Positions 28,785 to 38,865 are shown, counted from the stretch's first letter. The stretch is 64,000 nt of DNA from Candidatus Zhuqueibacterota bacterium (GCA_034521575.1 JAXHMJ010000001.1:263282-327281), one strand, 5' to 3'. Notes: generated by a model not told the origin, from the letters alone. A program made the numbers and translations.

Positions 28785-28914
28785 ATACAACATGCGGTAT
28801 AAAACATTGGGATTTAAGTGGTTATTTAAAATTCCTGCTACACATCAAGTTTGGAGTAACTGGCCAGGAGATTAGGCTGCAATCTCCAACGATTTCATAC
28901 CGTCACCGTTGTGC
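28785..28914 (+). repeat. attC site 10
   Basis: GCATACAAC is the reverse complement of GTTGTATGC (21478); arms CGGTATAAAAC / TTTCATACCG; R' GTTGTGC at 28908. Confidence 0.88.
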
Positions 28915-28961
28915 CGCATGCAAAAACCGTAGTGCAACTAAATTTGGATTTTGAACAAGTG

Positions 28962-29246
28962 ATGAATAAAAGCAAGAAAAAGATTTATAGAGATAAAAAC
29001 GGATGTGAATTTATAAAGGAGACCTACTTTGTCGGTGGAAGAATGAAATTCCGTAGAATTTATGTAATTGATGGCATTCCAGCAGATGAATTTTACGAGA
29101 AAAATGCGACTGATTTGGATTTCTATTTGAATGGAGACTATGAGTTAATGAATAGCGAAAAAGATTCTAATAATCATTGCAATGAGCAAAACAAGAAAGA
29201 ATCCGATTTGCCTGATAATGAAGATGAGAAAGATTTACCATTTTAA
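28962..29246 (+). CDS. cassette 11 gene A: small acidic hypothetical protein ending DLPF
   Basis: ORF after the cassette leader; C-terminus DNEDEKDLPF. Confidence 0.55.
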   Translation: MNKSKKKIYRDKNGCEFIKETYFVGGRMKFRRIYVIDGIPADEFYEKNATDLDFYLNGDYELMNSEKDSNNHCNEQNKKESDLPDNEDEKDLPF

Positions 29247-29272
29247 AATTAAAAATAATACTAAAAAGCTTA

Positions 29273-30127
29273 ATGATTATGATTTCAAGTTGTAATAGTC
29301 TTAAAAAATTATATCTCTCAGAAATTGGTGAGACAATAAATGATACTCCTATTAAAAAAGGGGGAATCTATACTGAGAATGATTTCTTTACTTTACCTGC
29401 GCAAATTCAAAATTATTTCAAAAATTGTGGATACATAGGTAAAGAAAAAATAGAAAACATCAAGATAGATTACAGCAATTCATTTATTAAAATGTCTCCA
29501 GAAAAGAAATGGCTAAAGATAAAGTATTATCAAGTCAATTTTACTCATAATCCAACTCGATTAGCATATATTTCAAGTAAAATAATTGGGATATTCTCGT
29601 TTGAGGGGAGAGATAAATACCAAGCTGGTAAAGGCAATATGTTGATAAGACTGTTAAAATTGTTTACCGTTGCTGATGCAAAAGGGAAGGAAATGGATAA
29701 ATCAGCACTGGCAACACTATTGAGTGAAGTTTTATTTATGCCAAGCTTTGCGACAAGAGAACAAATAAAGTGGAAAAGCATTGATGAAAATTCAGTTGAA
29801 GCAAAATATAGGGATAATGATAATGTGGTTTCTGGAATTTTTTATTTCAACGGTAATCATGAGTTTATAAGATTTACGACTGACGATAGATTTTATTCAC
29901 TAAAAGATGGGAGTTATAAAAAAACAAAATGGTCAGTAGAATTAAGCAATTATAAAGATTTTAAAGGAATAAAATTTCCTGAAAATGTAAAAGCCATATG
30001 GCATATGGATGACAAAGATTACGAATACTTTAGAACACAAATAAAAGATGTTCAATATAATATAAATAAGCAAAGCACCAACGCACAACATCTTTATAAT
30101 AAATTCAAATTCACCCCTTACCCATAA
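29273..30127 (+). CDS. cassette 11 gene B: DUF6544-like hypothetical protein
   Basis: LPAQIQNYF--CGYIGK, GRDKYQAGKGNM-I-LL-LF-VADAKG-EMD motifs. Confidence 0.65.
   Translation: MIMISSCNSLKKLYLSEIGETINDTPIKKGGIYTENDFFTLPAQIQNYFKNCGYIGKEKIENIKIDYSNSFIKMSPEKKWLKIKYYQVNFTHNPTRLAYISSKIIGIFSFEGRDKYQAGKGNMLIRLLKLFTVADAKGKEMDKSALATLLSEVLFMPSFATREQIKWKSIDENSVEAKYRDNDNVVSGIFYFNGNHEFIRFTTDDRFYSLKDGSYKKTKWSVELSNYKDFKGIKFPENVKAIWHMDDKDYEYFRTQIKDVQYNINKQSTNAQHLYNKFKFTPYP
30083..30105 (+). repeat. half attC (left arm only) at array end
   Basis: AAAGCACCAACGCACAAC mirrors the attC3 left end (AAAGCACGAACGCACAAC); no right arm or GTT follows before GC-rich backbone resumes. Confidence 0.55.
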
Positions 30128-30212
30128 CAATTCTCCATTCCCCATCTCTGTTTTACCTTGCTTTTATGCGGCAAAATATTATTTTATGAGTGTTTTCAGG
30201 AAAGGATGAATC

Positions 30213-31565
30213 ATGTTCAATGTCTATCTGGGCGCCTGTTCAATCTATGATTCACAGCAGATTGCAGATGTCATTCAAACCGGTCTTGACGCCATTCAAT
30301 TCAACCAGTCCATTTCCGGCCATGTGGTCATCAAACCCAATCTGGTGATGGCGCATCCGGCTGTGGCCACGGAAGGCTATACGCGTCCGGCTGTGGTGGA
30401 CGCGCTGCTCGGCCTGCTGCGGCGCGATCATCCGCAGATCCGCAAACTGGACATTGTGGAGAAATCAGGGCTCGGCATCACCACCTCTGCCATGTTCAAA
30501 ACTGCCGGATATCACAAACTGAAACAAAAGCACGGCGTGCGCCTGCGCGCCATGGAGGCCATTGCCAAAGTGAATGTGCCGCTGCACAACGCTCAGGTGC
30601 ATGACACCGTGACCGTGGCCCGGGAAATGGCGGAACGAGATGTTCTCATTTTTATGCCCAAGTTGAAATCCAACGTGCTGTCGCACGGACTCTCCGGCGC
30701 TCTCAAACTGAACATCGGCACTCTTGACGGCCGGGAACGCCTGCATCGGCATCATTATGACCTGCCGCACAAGATTGCGGATATGCTGGAAATCGCCAAT
30801 CCCGATCTGATTGTCACCGACGGCATCCGCATGGCCTACGGCGGCAATCAGATGACTCAGCACGGCACGCATCTGGGTGTGATTGTGATGGCGGACAATG
30901 CTGTGGCGCATGATCTGGTGTGCGCCCGTTTATTGAATCTGAATCCTGCCGGCATTGAACACATTCAGGAAGCGGCGCGTCGCGGTTATGGTCCCGCAAC
31001 CCTAAATGAGGTCCGGATTGTCGGTGATTATCCGGTTAAAAAAGCGCAATCCATAACAGCTGGACTGGATCTGGGGTTCCGGCCGGTGGATCAGGTCGAG
31101 AGTCCCATGACGGTGCACAGCGGCGCCCCGTATTGCACCGCCGGTTGTCACGGTATTTTCCTGGACTGGATCTATATGATCAAAGACCGCAAACCGAAAT
31201 TGTTTGCAAAACTGCCCGCCTTGAACGTCATTGTCGGCAAGGTGGAAAAGGACCTGCAGTCGGGACGCTTTGTGCTCATTGGCGACTGTGCCAAAACCTC
31301 GCGGCTGCCTGTGCGCGGCCGCAAGGTCTGGATTCGCGGCTGTCCGCCCAGTCACAAGCGCATTGTCTGGGATATGATGGTCCATTATCTGATCTTTAAT
31401 CCCCTGGTGCGTCCTTCTTTGATTGTTGACGCTTATATTCGCTATCCTTTGAATAAACTGAAATCATTTTGGCTGAACGCCATCTGGTACCGACACATTC
31501 GCAACACAGGAACCCGCTATGCCCACCACAAAACAGCTGAACTCGATCAATCCGGCAACCGGTGA
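30213..31565 (+). CDS. DUF362 family protein with C-terminal Cys-rich extension
   Basis: VVIKPNLV, MPKLKSN, SGALKLNIG, PDLIVTDGI, DAVAHD-like AVAHDLV, C--GC and GCPP. Confidence 0.8.
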   Translation: MFNVYLGACSIYDSQQIADVIQTGLDAIQFNQSISGHVVIKPNLVMAHPAVATEGYTRPAVVDALLGLLRRDHPQIRKLDIVEKSGLGITTSAMFKTAGYHKLKQKHGVRLRAMEAIAKVNVPLHNAQVHDTVTVAREMAERDVLIFMPKLKSNVLSHGLSGALKLNIGTLDGRERLHRHHYDLPHKIADMLEIANPDLIVTDGIRMAYGGNQMTQHGTHLGVIVMADNAVAHDLVCARLLNLNPAGIEHIQEAARRGYGPATLNEVRIVGDYPVKKAQSITAGLDLGFRPVDQVESPMTVHSGAPYCTAGCHGIFLDWIYMIKDRKPKLFAKLPALNVIVGKVEKDLQSGRFVLIGDCAKTSRLPVRGRKVWIRGCPPSHKRIVWDMMVHYLIFNPLVRPSLIVDAYIRYPLNKLKSFWLNAIWYRHIRNTGTRYAHHKTAELDQSGNR

Positions 31566-33096
31566 AATCATCGGTTCGGTCACCCGCTCTACTGAACAGG
31601 ATGTTGTAAATGCCGTACAGATGGCCCGGCAACATTGTCCCGACTGGCGGGAGACATCCGTCAGACAACGACAAACCATTCTGGCTGCGAGTCGGCAACT
31701 GCTGTTGCAGCGCCGGGATGAGTTTGCTGAACTGATCACCGCGGAGATGGGGCGGCCGATCACCGAATCCCTGGTGATGGAGGTGCAGGCGTCTCTGGAA
31801 CTGATCGGCTATTACGCCGGACACGCCGCCAAAATGTTAAAGCCGGAACGGCTGCAGCTGCACAATTTGTTTTTCGCCCGCCGCCGCAGTCTGGATATCA
31901 AAAAACCGCTCGGTGTCATCGGTGTGATCTCACCGTGGAACTGGCCGCTGCTCATTCCCCTGGGCTGCATTGTGCCCGCGCTGCTGGCCGGCAACTGTGT
32001 CGTCCACAAACATTCCGAACATACACCGCTGATCAATGAAACGCTGCTCAGGCTGTTCCGCGATGCCGGTCTGCCCGAGGGTGTGTTTCAGATCGTGCAC
32101 GGGGCTGGGGAGGCCGGACAGGCGCTCATTGATGCGCAGGTAGACAAGCTGTTTTTCACCGGCAGCACCCGAATCGGCAGCCACGTGATGTCCGAATGCA
32201 GCAAAAATTTGATTCCGGTGGTGCTGGAACTGGGCGGACAGGACGCGACGCTGGTGTGTGCGGATGCGCATCTGGAGACCGCTTCCAGCGGACTGGTGTG
32301 GGGCGCGTTTATGAATGCCGGACAAAACTGCAACGCTGTGGAGCGCATCTATGTGCATCAATCCGTGGCGGACGCATTTGTACGACGGTTTGTCGAGAAA
32401 ACAAAACGCTTGCGCATGGGCGATCCCATGAATCCCGAGGTGGATATGGGACCGCTGGCCCTAAAACAGGAATTCGGCAAGATGCAGATGATGCTGAAAT
32501 CCGCACAGGAGCGGGGGAGCATCATCCGCTGCGGAGAACATCGGCAACAGGACGGTCACTATTTTGCGCCGACCGTGGTGGTTACTGAAACCGATCAGCC
32601 GAACATCTGGGGCGATGAGGTGTTTGGTCCGCTGGTGTCCGTGACGCCGGTTACGGATATGGAAAAAGCCGTGCAGCTCGCCAATGACAATCCCTTTGGA
32701 CTCACCGCATCCGTCTGGACACGACAACCCAAAGCAGGCGAGACGCTGGCTATGCAACTGGAAACCGGCACGGTGATGATCAATGACTGTATCGTGTCAT
32801 TCGGGTTCCCGGAGGCGCCCTGGACCGGATTGAAACAAAGCGGCATCGGCTGGATGCACGGTAAAAAAGGATTTGAGGAAATGTTGTCCGTTCAGTACAT
32901 CAATGCCGACCGGCAGTTCCGGCGTCAGAAATTCTGGTGGTTTCCCTATGGCGAGCGCATGCTCGACAGCATGCAAGCCGGACTGACATTTCTGCACAGC
33001 CGGAATGTGCTGAATAAAATTAAGGTGGTTATAAAGGTGATTGGGCGGTTCTGGCGGGAACTGTTGTTGAACCGGAACAATCCGGATAAACTGTGA
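31519..33096 (+). CDS. NAD(P)-dependent aldehyde dehydrogenase
   Basis: ISPWNWP, FTGST, LELGG (catalytic Glu), GQNC (catalytic Cys), EVFGP, FGLTASVWT. Confidence 0.92.
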   Translation: MPTTKQLNSINPATGEIIGSVTRSTEQDVVNAVQMARQHCPDWRETSVRQRQTILAASRQLLLQRRDEFAELITAEMGRPITESLVMEVQASLELIGYYAGHAAKMLKPERLQLHNLFFARRRSLDIKKPLGVIGVISPWNWPLLIPLGCIVPALLAGNCVVHKHSEHTPLINETLLRLFRDAGLPEGVFQIVHGAGEAGQALIDAQVDKLFFTGSTRIGSHVMSECSKNLIPVVLELGGQDATLVCADAHLETASSGLVWGAFMNAGQNCNAVERIYVHQSVADAFVRRFVEKTKRLRMGDPMNPEVDMGPLALKQEFGKMQMMLKSAQERGSIIRCGEHRQQDGHYFAPTVVVTETDQPNIWGDEVFGPLVSVTPVTDMEKAVQLANDNPFGLTASVWTRQPKAGETLAMQLETGTVMINDCIVSFGFPEAPWTGLKQSGIGWMHGKKGFEEMLSVQYINADRQFRRQKFWWFPYGERMLDSMQAGLTFLHSRNVLNKIKVVIKVIGRFWRELLLNRNNPDKL

Positions 33097-33173
33097 TGTT
33101 GCAGTGAGCCGTTGGACAGGATCGGACGGATCAACAGGATTTCAATTTTTGCACGGAATGCAATACAAGCATA

Positions 33174-33224
33174 GGGGGCTTGAGCCCCCCTTTCATTTCT
33201 CAGCCCCGGAGTTCACGCCGGGGC
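33174..33224. repeat. two GC-rich REP-like hairpins downstream of ALDH
   Basis: GGGGGCT-TG-AGCCCCC followed by TTT (possible terminator) and GCCCCGG-AGTTCACG-CCGGGGC. Confidence 0.45.
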
Positions 33225-33979
33225 GGTTGAGCGTTGCGGCAGACGCTGAATATATCGGTCACAGATTCTGACGGACACCTGAGCTTCCCGGCTTTGCCCG
33301 GCACGGCAGCATGGCAGATGCCGCACTTTATATGCTGACCTCGTCGTACAATTCCCCAATTATGCAACGAGTGGTCGCGGCACAATAGAGGGCGGTGAAT
33401 GAGAGCGGCACAATAAAGCAAAAGACATTCAATTTTTTACCTGTGATGCTATTCTTTGTTCATCATTCAATGTTTTGTTTGTATCGTTCCTTGCTGAATA
33501 TCGGGGCAGCGAACAAAACGAACGACACGAACTGAAATTCTAAAAATCCACTATTAGAATTGTAGGTACTTTTGCAATACCAATCTTTGACATTCAGGCA
33601 TGTATTGGTGAATGATCTGAGCTGCATGTTTCATTTTTATCAGGAACTGATAAAAATGAAACATGCCGGGCTTGTTTATTTGTTCGTCTTGTTCGTTGCT
33701 GATTTTCTTTGAACAGCGAACAAAACAAACGGCACGAACTGCAACGGCGAATCCGGTAAAAGATATCGGATAATATCAAAATATTAAATGATTGCTATTT
33801 CATGATTATTGGATCTTGCACAGCAGCATCGCGGATGCTGAACTTTACACCCGCAATTTTATAATTCCCCTTGATATTTGTCAAACAAATGGTTAAATAT
33901 CAGTATGAAATATTATTCATGCAGAGATTTTTGCGATTACACATTATTAAACAAAGGAGTTAGGCTTTTGAAATTATTG

Positions 33980-34612
33980 ATGAAACGAAAATCGTTTTTC
34001 GTTGTTTTGCTTTTCTTTACAATCATATTGTCCTGCGCTGACATTGGCAGAAAAAAGTATGCACTTGATAAAACGATCACGCCTGATAATATCAAATATG
34101 CCGGCGCCCGCTCGTCCTCCTATGGTATCGAACCGTTTCCGGCTCCCCGGGTCTGGGAAACCGTCATGAACAGCATGCAAGAACATTTCAACGGTTCCGC
34201 GCCCTGCGGCATCTGGATTGTCGGACGAATGCATCAAGAAACCCGATGCAAACTGGAATTTCCGTCCGAGGGACAGCCGGACACCAATCTGGTGTTCCTG
34301 GATCATAACAAACATAACGCTTACCTGTGGATGCCGCCCGAGTATCGCGGAGATTTGATTTTTGTGTCAGACAGCCAGATTTTTGAAAGCATGGACGCGA
34401 TGATACAGGAATTTGTCGAGTACTGGGCGGATTATTTTAAACCCAATCCAGTGGGGTTTCAATACGGATATCCCAGTGACAGACCCTGGTGGCGTCAGCT
34501 GCAGAATCCGCCCGCCGATATCGGCCATACCATCGCTCAGCATCATTTCCAGGACTGCGGTCTGCTCTGGGTTGATTTTACACTAAGAGAGGTGTTTCCG
34601 GGATTGGACTAA
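33980..34612 (+). CDS. hypothetical lipoprotein, possibly internally deleted
   Basis: Lipobox IILS-C; GARSSSYGI-PFP, VGFQYGY-SD--WW. Confidence 0.45.
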   Translation: MKRKSFFVVLLFFTIILSCADIGRKKYALDKTITPDNIKYAGARSSSYGIEPFPAPRVWETVMNSMQEHFNGSAPCGIWIVGRMHQETRCKLEFPSEGQPDTNLVFLDHNKHNAYLWMPPEYRGDLIFVSDSQIFESMDAMIQEFVEYWADYFKPNPVGFQYGYPSDRPWWRQLQNPPADIGHTIAQHHFQDCGLLWVDFTLREVFPGLD

Positions 34613-34910
34613 TAGTAATCTACTTGTGATCGGCGGGATAAAATATAAATTGGATAAATTTGTCCGAATTATTTCTGCAAGAGAGATGAGTGAAAAGGAA
34701 AAAAGCGCGTATGAAAAACGAAAAAATCCCTGATTTTAAATCAAAAGAACAGAAACAGTATGTACTGGAGTACGTACTGTTTCGACATGATTCAAACTAT
34801 TGTAAAATAACAAAATAAAATAGGTAATTCTGAGGCTGTTTTGTTTGTTGTTAAAACTGCCGGACTTGTCCGAACGACAGAGAATTCAAATCGATAAAAC
34901 CTGGATAACT

Positions 34911-36281
34911 ATGAACTGGAACACTATTATTTCCGGAAACCGCACCGGGGGGACCACAATTAGCTCTGAAATCCGTACGGATTATCAACGCGATTTTGAC
35001 CGATTGGTGTTTTCATCCGCGTTTCGGAGACTGCAGAATAAAACCCAGGTCTTTCCGCTGCCGGGGGCCACGTTTGTTCACAATCGATTGACCCATTCTC
35101 TCGAAGTGGCGAGTGTGGGGCGTTCGCTGGGAAAAATCGTCGGCAAACAACTGGTCGATAAAGGATATATTGATGCACACTATCAAGAGTTTTACCAATA
35201 TGAACTGCAAAATGTGATTGCGTCCGCCTGTCTGGCGCATGATATCGGCAATCCGTCGTTTGGACATTCCGGTGAAAAGGCGATATCCGCTTACTTTGAA
35301 TCTAATGCGCATGTTGGTATTGAACCGGGTAAAGCGTTACAGGATTATTTCAAACCGGAAGAATGGCTTGACCTGATTTCCTTCGAAGGCAATGCTAATT
35401 CGTTCCGGACATTGACGCATCAATTCAAGGGCAAGTCCGCTGGCGGCTATCAGTTGACCTATTCCACATTGGCGTCTATTCTCAAATACCCCTGCGAGTC
35501 TACGGCCATTAAAACAGAGAACATCAATACAAAGAAATTCAGCTTTTTTCAGTCTGAAAAGGCGTTGGCCGTCGATATTTTAAACGCCCTGACTATCAGT
35601 AAACAATCGGATGATCCTTTGGTGTACAGTCGGCATCCTTTTGTCACTCTGACCGAAGCGGCGGATGATATCTGTTACCGGATTGTCGATTTTGAAGATG
35701 CCCAGCGCATGCATATTCTGCCGCACAAACAGGTCGCGGAACTGTTTTCAAGTTTGATTGAAAACATTGGCAGAAAAACGGACGATATGGATGCGATCAG
35801 GGCAACGTACAATCGGATTTCAGACAAGAACGAACAGATCGCGTATCTGCGGGCAAAGTGTATCAATACATTGACCCGGGAATCGGCTGATTTGTATATC
35901 CACAATGCCGACCGCATCATAAACGGGAGCTACAACAATGGACTGCTGGATGTCCTGACGGATCAGAATGCGCTGTTGTCCGAAATTAAAAAAATATCCA
36001 TTGACAACATTTACAATCACGATTCGGTTCTCGAACTGGAAATTGCCGGATTTAAAATTATGAGTGATCTGCTCTCCCTGTTTGTCCCTGCCATGCTGAA
36101 ACAAAACCCGGATCACCGGGATCAGAAAATACTGCGATTGATTCCCGAACAATTCCATTCCGGGGATGATACGGTCTATAAAAAGGTGCTGTCCGTGCTC
36201 GATTATTTGTCCGGTATGACAGACCCGTATGCCATTGAATTGTATCGAAAATTGTTTGGTATCGAAATACCAAAATATTAG
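34911..36281 (+). CDS. dgt: deoxyguanosinetriphosphate triphosphohydrolase (dGTPase)
   Basis: RRLQNKTQVFPL, HNRLTHSLEV, LAHDIGNP-FGHSGE, FEGNAN, EAADDICY, DYLSGMTD. Confidence 0.9.
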   Translation: MNWNTIISGNRTGGTTISSEIRTDYQRDFDRLVFSSAFRRLQNKTQVFPLPGATFVHNRLTHSLEVASVGRSLGKIVGKQLVDKGYIDAHYQEFYQYELQNVIASACLAHDIGNPSFGHSGEKAISAYFESNAHVGIEPGKALQDYFKPEEWLDLISFEGNANSFRTLTHQFKGKSAGGYQLTYSTLASILKYPCESTAIKTENINTKKFSFFQSEKALAVDILNALTISKQSDDPLVYSRHPFVTLTEAADDICYRIVDFEDAQRMHILPHKQVAELFSSLIENIGRKTDDMDAIRATYNRISDKNEQIAYLRAKCINTLTRESADLYIHNADRIINGSYNNGLLDVLTDQNALLSEIKKISIDNIYNHDSVLELEIAGFKIMSDLLSLFVPAMLKQNPDHRDQKILRLIPEQFHSGDDTVYKKVLSVLDYLSGMTDPYAIELYRKLFGIEIPKY

Positions 36282-36522
36282 AGTTTACGATTTTAGAGGA
36301 ATCGGATTTTTTATTTCGACGATAACCCACTATATGGAATAAATAAACGTCCAGAGACAGTTTTCATTAAAATGGCCTGCGATATTGCAACGGACTGTTC
36401 CGGACAAGAGGTTTTTAATAGTACTCTTGTTCCAAAGGGGTTGTTGATGAGAGGGCGTTTTTCAGGAATAAACCGAATGAATTGGCTTTATCGGCGCTAC
36501 AACCTTGACAAGGGCAACAGAT

Positions 36523-38358
36523 ATGGCATACCAAAATATTGAAGATTACGGAATAGTCGGGGATATGGAAACGGTCGCACTCGTCGGGATAAACGGCTCA
36601 ATAGATTGGTTCTGTTATCCGCGTTTCGATTCGCCCAGTGTGTTCGGAGCAATCCTTGATGATAAAAAGGGCGGCCGATATTCCATCTCTCCGGATGGCA
36701 AAAGTTTGAAACAAAAACAATTTTACTGGCCCGAAACCAATGTGTTGATCACCCGATTTCTGTGCCGGGAGGGGGTGGGTGAAGTGATCGATTTTATGAC
36801 CATACCGGACAAATACGACGAGCATAATCCGCATGCTCACAGACGCCTGTACAGAAGGGTTCGGCAGGTTCGGGGATCTTTGACGTTTCGCATGCACTGT
36901 AATCCGGCATTCAACTATGGACGGGATAGTCTGGACGTATCCCCGACAGCGTCCGGTGTTGCTTTTTCCTCATCCGCTTTGAACATGCAGCTTTCTGCTG
37001 ATGTGCCGATAGAGATTACCAATGAGGGCTGTCGCGCAGAGCTCAATCTGCATGAAGGAGATTCCGTGCTTTTTATATTGCAGGAAATGTGTCCGGCGTG
37101 TGCGGCGGCGGGAATCAGCAAGGGCGAAGCACAGGAAGAATTCAGACGCACCGTGGAGTATTGGCGTGCATGGATCTCAACATGCAGTTATACAGGACGG
37201 TGGCGGGAAATGGTGCATCGATCCGCACTGGCTCTGAAACTGCTTACTTTTAAACCGACGGGCGCCATTGTGGCGGCTCCCACATGCAGCCTGCCCGAAG
37301 CGATCGGCGGGGAACGCAATTGGGATTATCGCTATACCTGGATACGCGATGCGGCATTTACGCTTTATGGATTGCTGCGCATCGGATTTACTCAAGAAGC
37401 CGAGCAGTTTATGAACTGGCTGGAGGCGCGCTGCCGGGAACTCTCTACCGATGGCTCGCTGCAGGTCATGTACGGTCTTGGCGGCGAACATAAACTGGAC
37501 GAACAGGTGCTTTCCCATTGGGAAGGGTATCGGGGCTCCGGCCCGGTGCGGATCGGAAACGGTGCCTATGGCCAATTGCAGCTTGATATTTACGGCGAGT
37601 TGATGGATTCGGTCTATCTTTACAACAAGTATGGCAGTCCTATCTCATATGATTTATGGAATCAGTTGCGCCGGCTGATGAACTGGGTCGCCAAAAACTG
37701 GAACACGCCTGACGAAGGGGTATGGGAAACCCGCGGCGGGCGGCAGCATTTCGTATACTCAAAAGTTATGTGCTGGGTCGCCCTGGACAGAGCCCTGCGG
37801 CTCGCGGATAAACGCTCGTTCCCGGCGGACCGCAATGCATGGCTGTCTGCCCGGGATATGATCTATGAAACTGTAATGAAACAAGGCTGGAATGAAAAAC
37901 GCAAGGCGTTTGTGCAGCATTTCGGCAGCCGGGACCTCGACGCCTCAACCCTTATTATGCCTTTGGTCTTTTTTATGTCGCCTGATGATCGGAGAATGCT
38001 CAGTACATTGGATGCGGTGCTCGAATCTCCTCAAAACGGCGGCCTGGTCTCGGACAGTCTGGTATATCGTTACAATACCCAAACATTTTCAGACGGTCTG
38101 CAAGGCTCGGAAGGTACTTTTAATATTTGCTCATTCTGGCTTGTGGAAGCTTTGACGCGCGCTGGTCGGGTGCACCCGAAACGGCTGGAACAAGCCCGCC
38201 TGATATTTGAACAGATGCTGGGCTATGCGAATCATCTGGGATTATATGCCGAAGAGACAGGTCCCACAGGTGAGGCATTGGGGAATTTCCCGCAGGCCTT
38301 TACCCATCTGGCATTAATCAGCGCGGCTTATAACCTGAACCGGGCTCTGGATCGATAA
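36523..38358 (+). CDS. GH15 family glycoside hydrolase (glucoamylase/trehalase-like)
   Basis: [54 protein letters not shown]. Confidence 0.92.
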   Translation: MAYQNIEDYGIVGDMETVALVGINGSIDWFCYPRFDSPSVFGAILDDKKGGRYSISPDGKSLKQKQFYWPETNVLITRFLCREGVGEVIDFMTIPDKYDEHNPHAHRRLYRRVRQVRGSLTFRMHCNPAFNYGRDSLDVSPTASGVAFSSSALNMQLSADVPIEITNEGCRAELNLHEGDSVLFILQEMCPACAAAGISKGEAQEEFRRTVEYWRAWISTCSYTGRWREMVHRSALALKLLTFKPTGAIVAAPTCSLPEAIGGERNWDYRYTWIRDAAFTLYGLLRIGFTQEAEQFMNWLEARCRELSTDGSLQVMYGLGGEHKLDEQVLSHWEGYRGSGPVRIGNGAYGQLQLDIYGELMDSVYLYNKYGSPISYDLWNQLRRLMNWVAKNWNTPDEGVWETRGGRQHFVYSKVMCWVALDRALRLADKRSFPADRNAWLSARDMIYETVMKQGWNEKRKAFVQHFGSRDLDASTLIMPLVFFMSPDDRRMLSTLDAVLESPQNGGLVSDSLVYRYNTQTFSDGLQGSEGTFNICSFWLVEALTRAGRVHPKRLEQARLIFEQMLGYANHLGLYAEETGPTGEALGNFPQAFTHLALISAAYNLNRALDR

Positions 38359-38649
38359 TATCGATTAGGGTGCAGTCCGGTAAAAGACAGGCGCCGGAAT
38401 CCAGGATAGACAACGTTTCTTCTGCTAAATATGTGCGTTTCTGGTGATTTATGCATTATTTTATTAATATATTTTTGTTTGTATTGGTGAATCATCCTGA
38501 AATTATCCCGTCTATCATGAATATGCCTGGTCGTTATTTGCGAAAACATTCTGACACGAGTCATTATATAGGCAGGTTGTTTTTGCTGGATTCTTACAGA
38601 ATGAGAGTCAAGTCTTGAAAATTAAATTTTCCATGAACGAATTTATCTG

Positions 38650-38865
38650 CTATGCATCCAACTCTGTGATCAATTCCGTCAGCGCCTCGGCAATTTCCAC
38701 GCATTTGCCCGGCTCTACAATATCCGGATTATCTTCAGACGAGTGTGTGATCCTGTGGGTGTCCAGGTGTTCGATCAGCCAATCGGATGACAAGGCAAGG
38801 GCCGGACATCCGTTTTGGATGAAAATGCTGTGATCGCCCTGTACCCACTGACTGCCGTGTGTCAT
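38650..38865 (-). pseudogene. M28 peptidase C-terminal fragment
   Basis: QGDHSIFIQNGCPALA...THSSEDNPD; N-terminus absent. Confidence 0.5.

Larger units (their letters stand above)
8194..30105 (+). mobile_element. integron cassette island lacking an intact integrase (CALIN-like), ~11 cassettes in two sub-arrays
   Basis: AT-rich block of co-oriented ORFs separated by RYYYAAC...GTTRRRY imperfect inverted repeats, with R'/R'' complementarity across cassettes. Confidence 0.88.

Noticed and set aside
9433-28914. Repeats read as a CRISPR array
   Set aside because: Units are ~130-bp imperfect inverted repeats separated by whole genes, not short identical repeats with 30-40-bp spacers; no cas genes are present.
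33174-33420. IS200/605 end or IscB omega-RNA
   Set aside because: The hairpin resembles such ends, but no tnpA, tnpB or iscB ORF follows and no further omega-RNA structure is recognisable.
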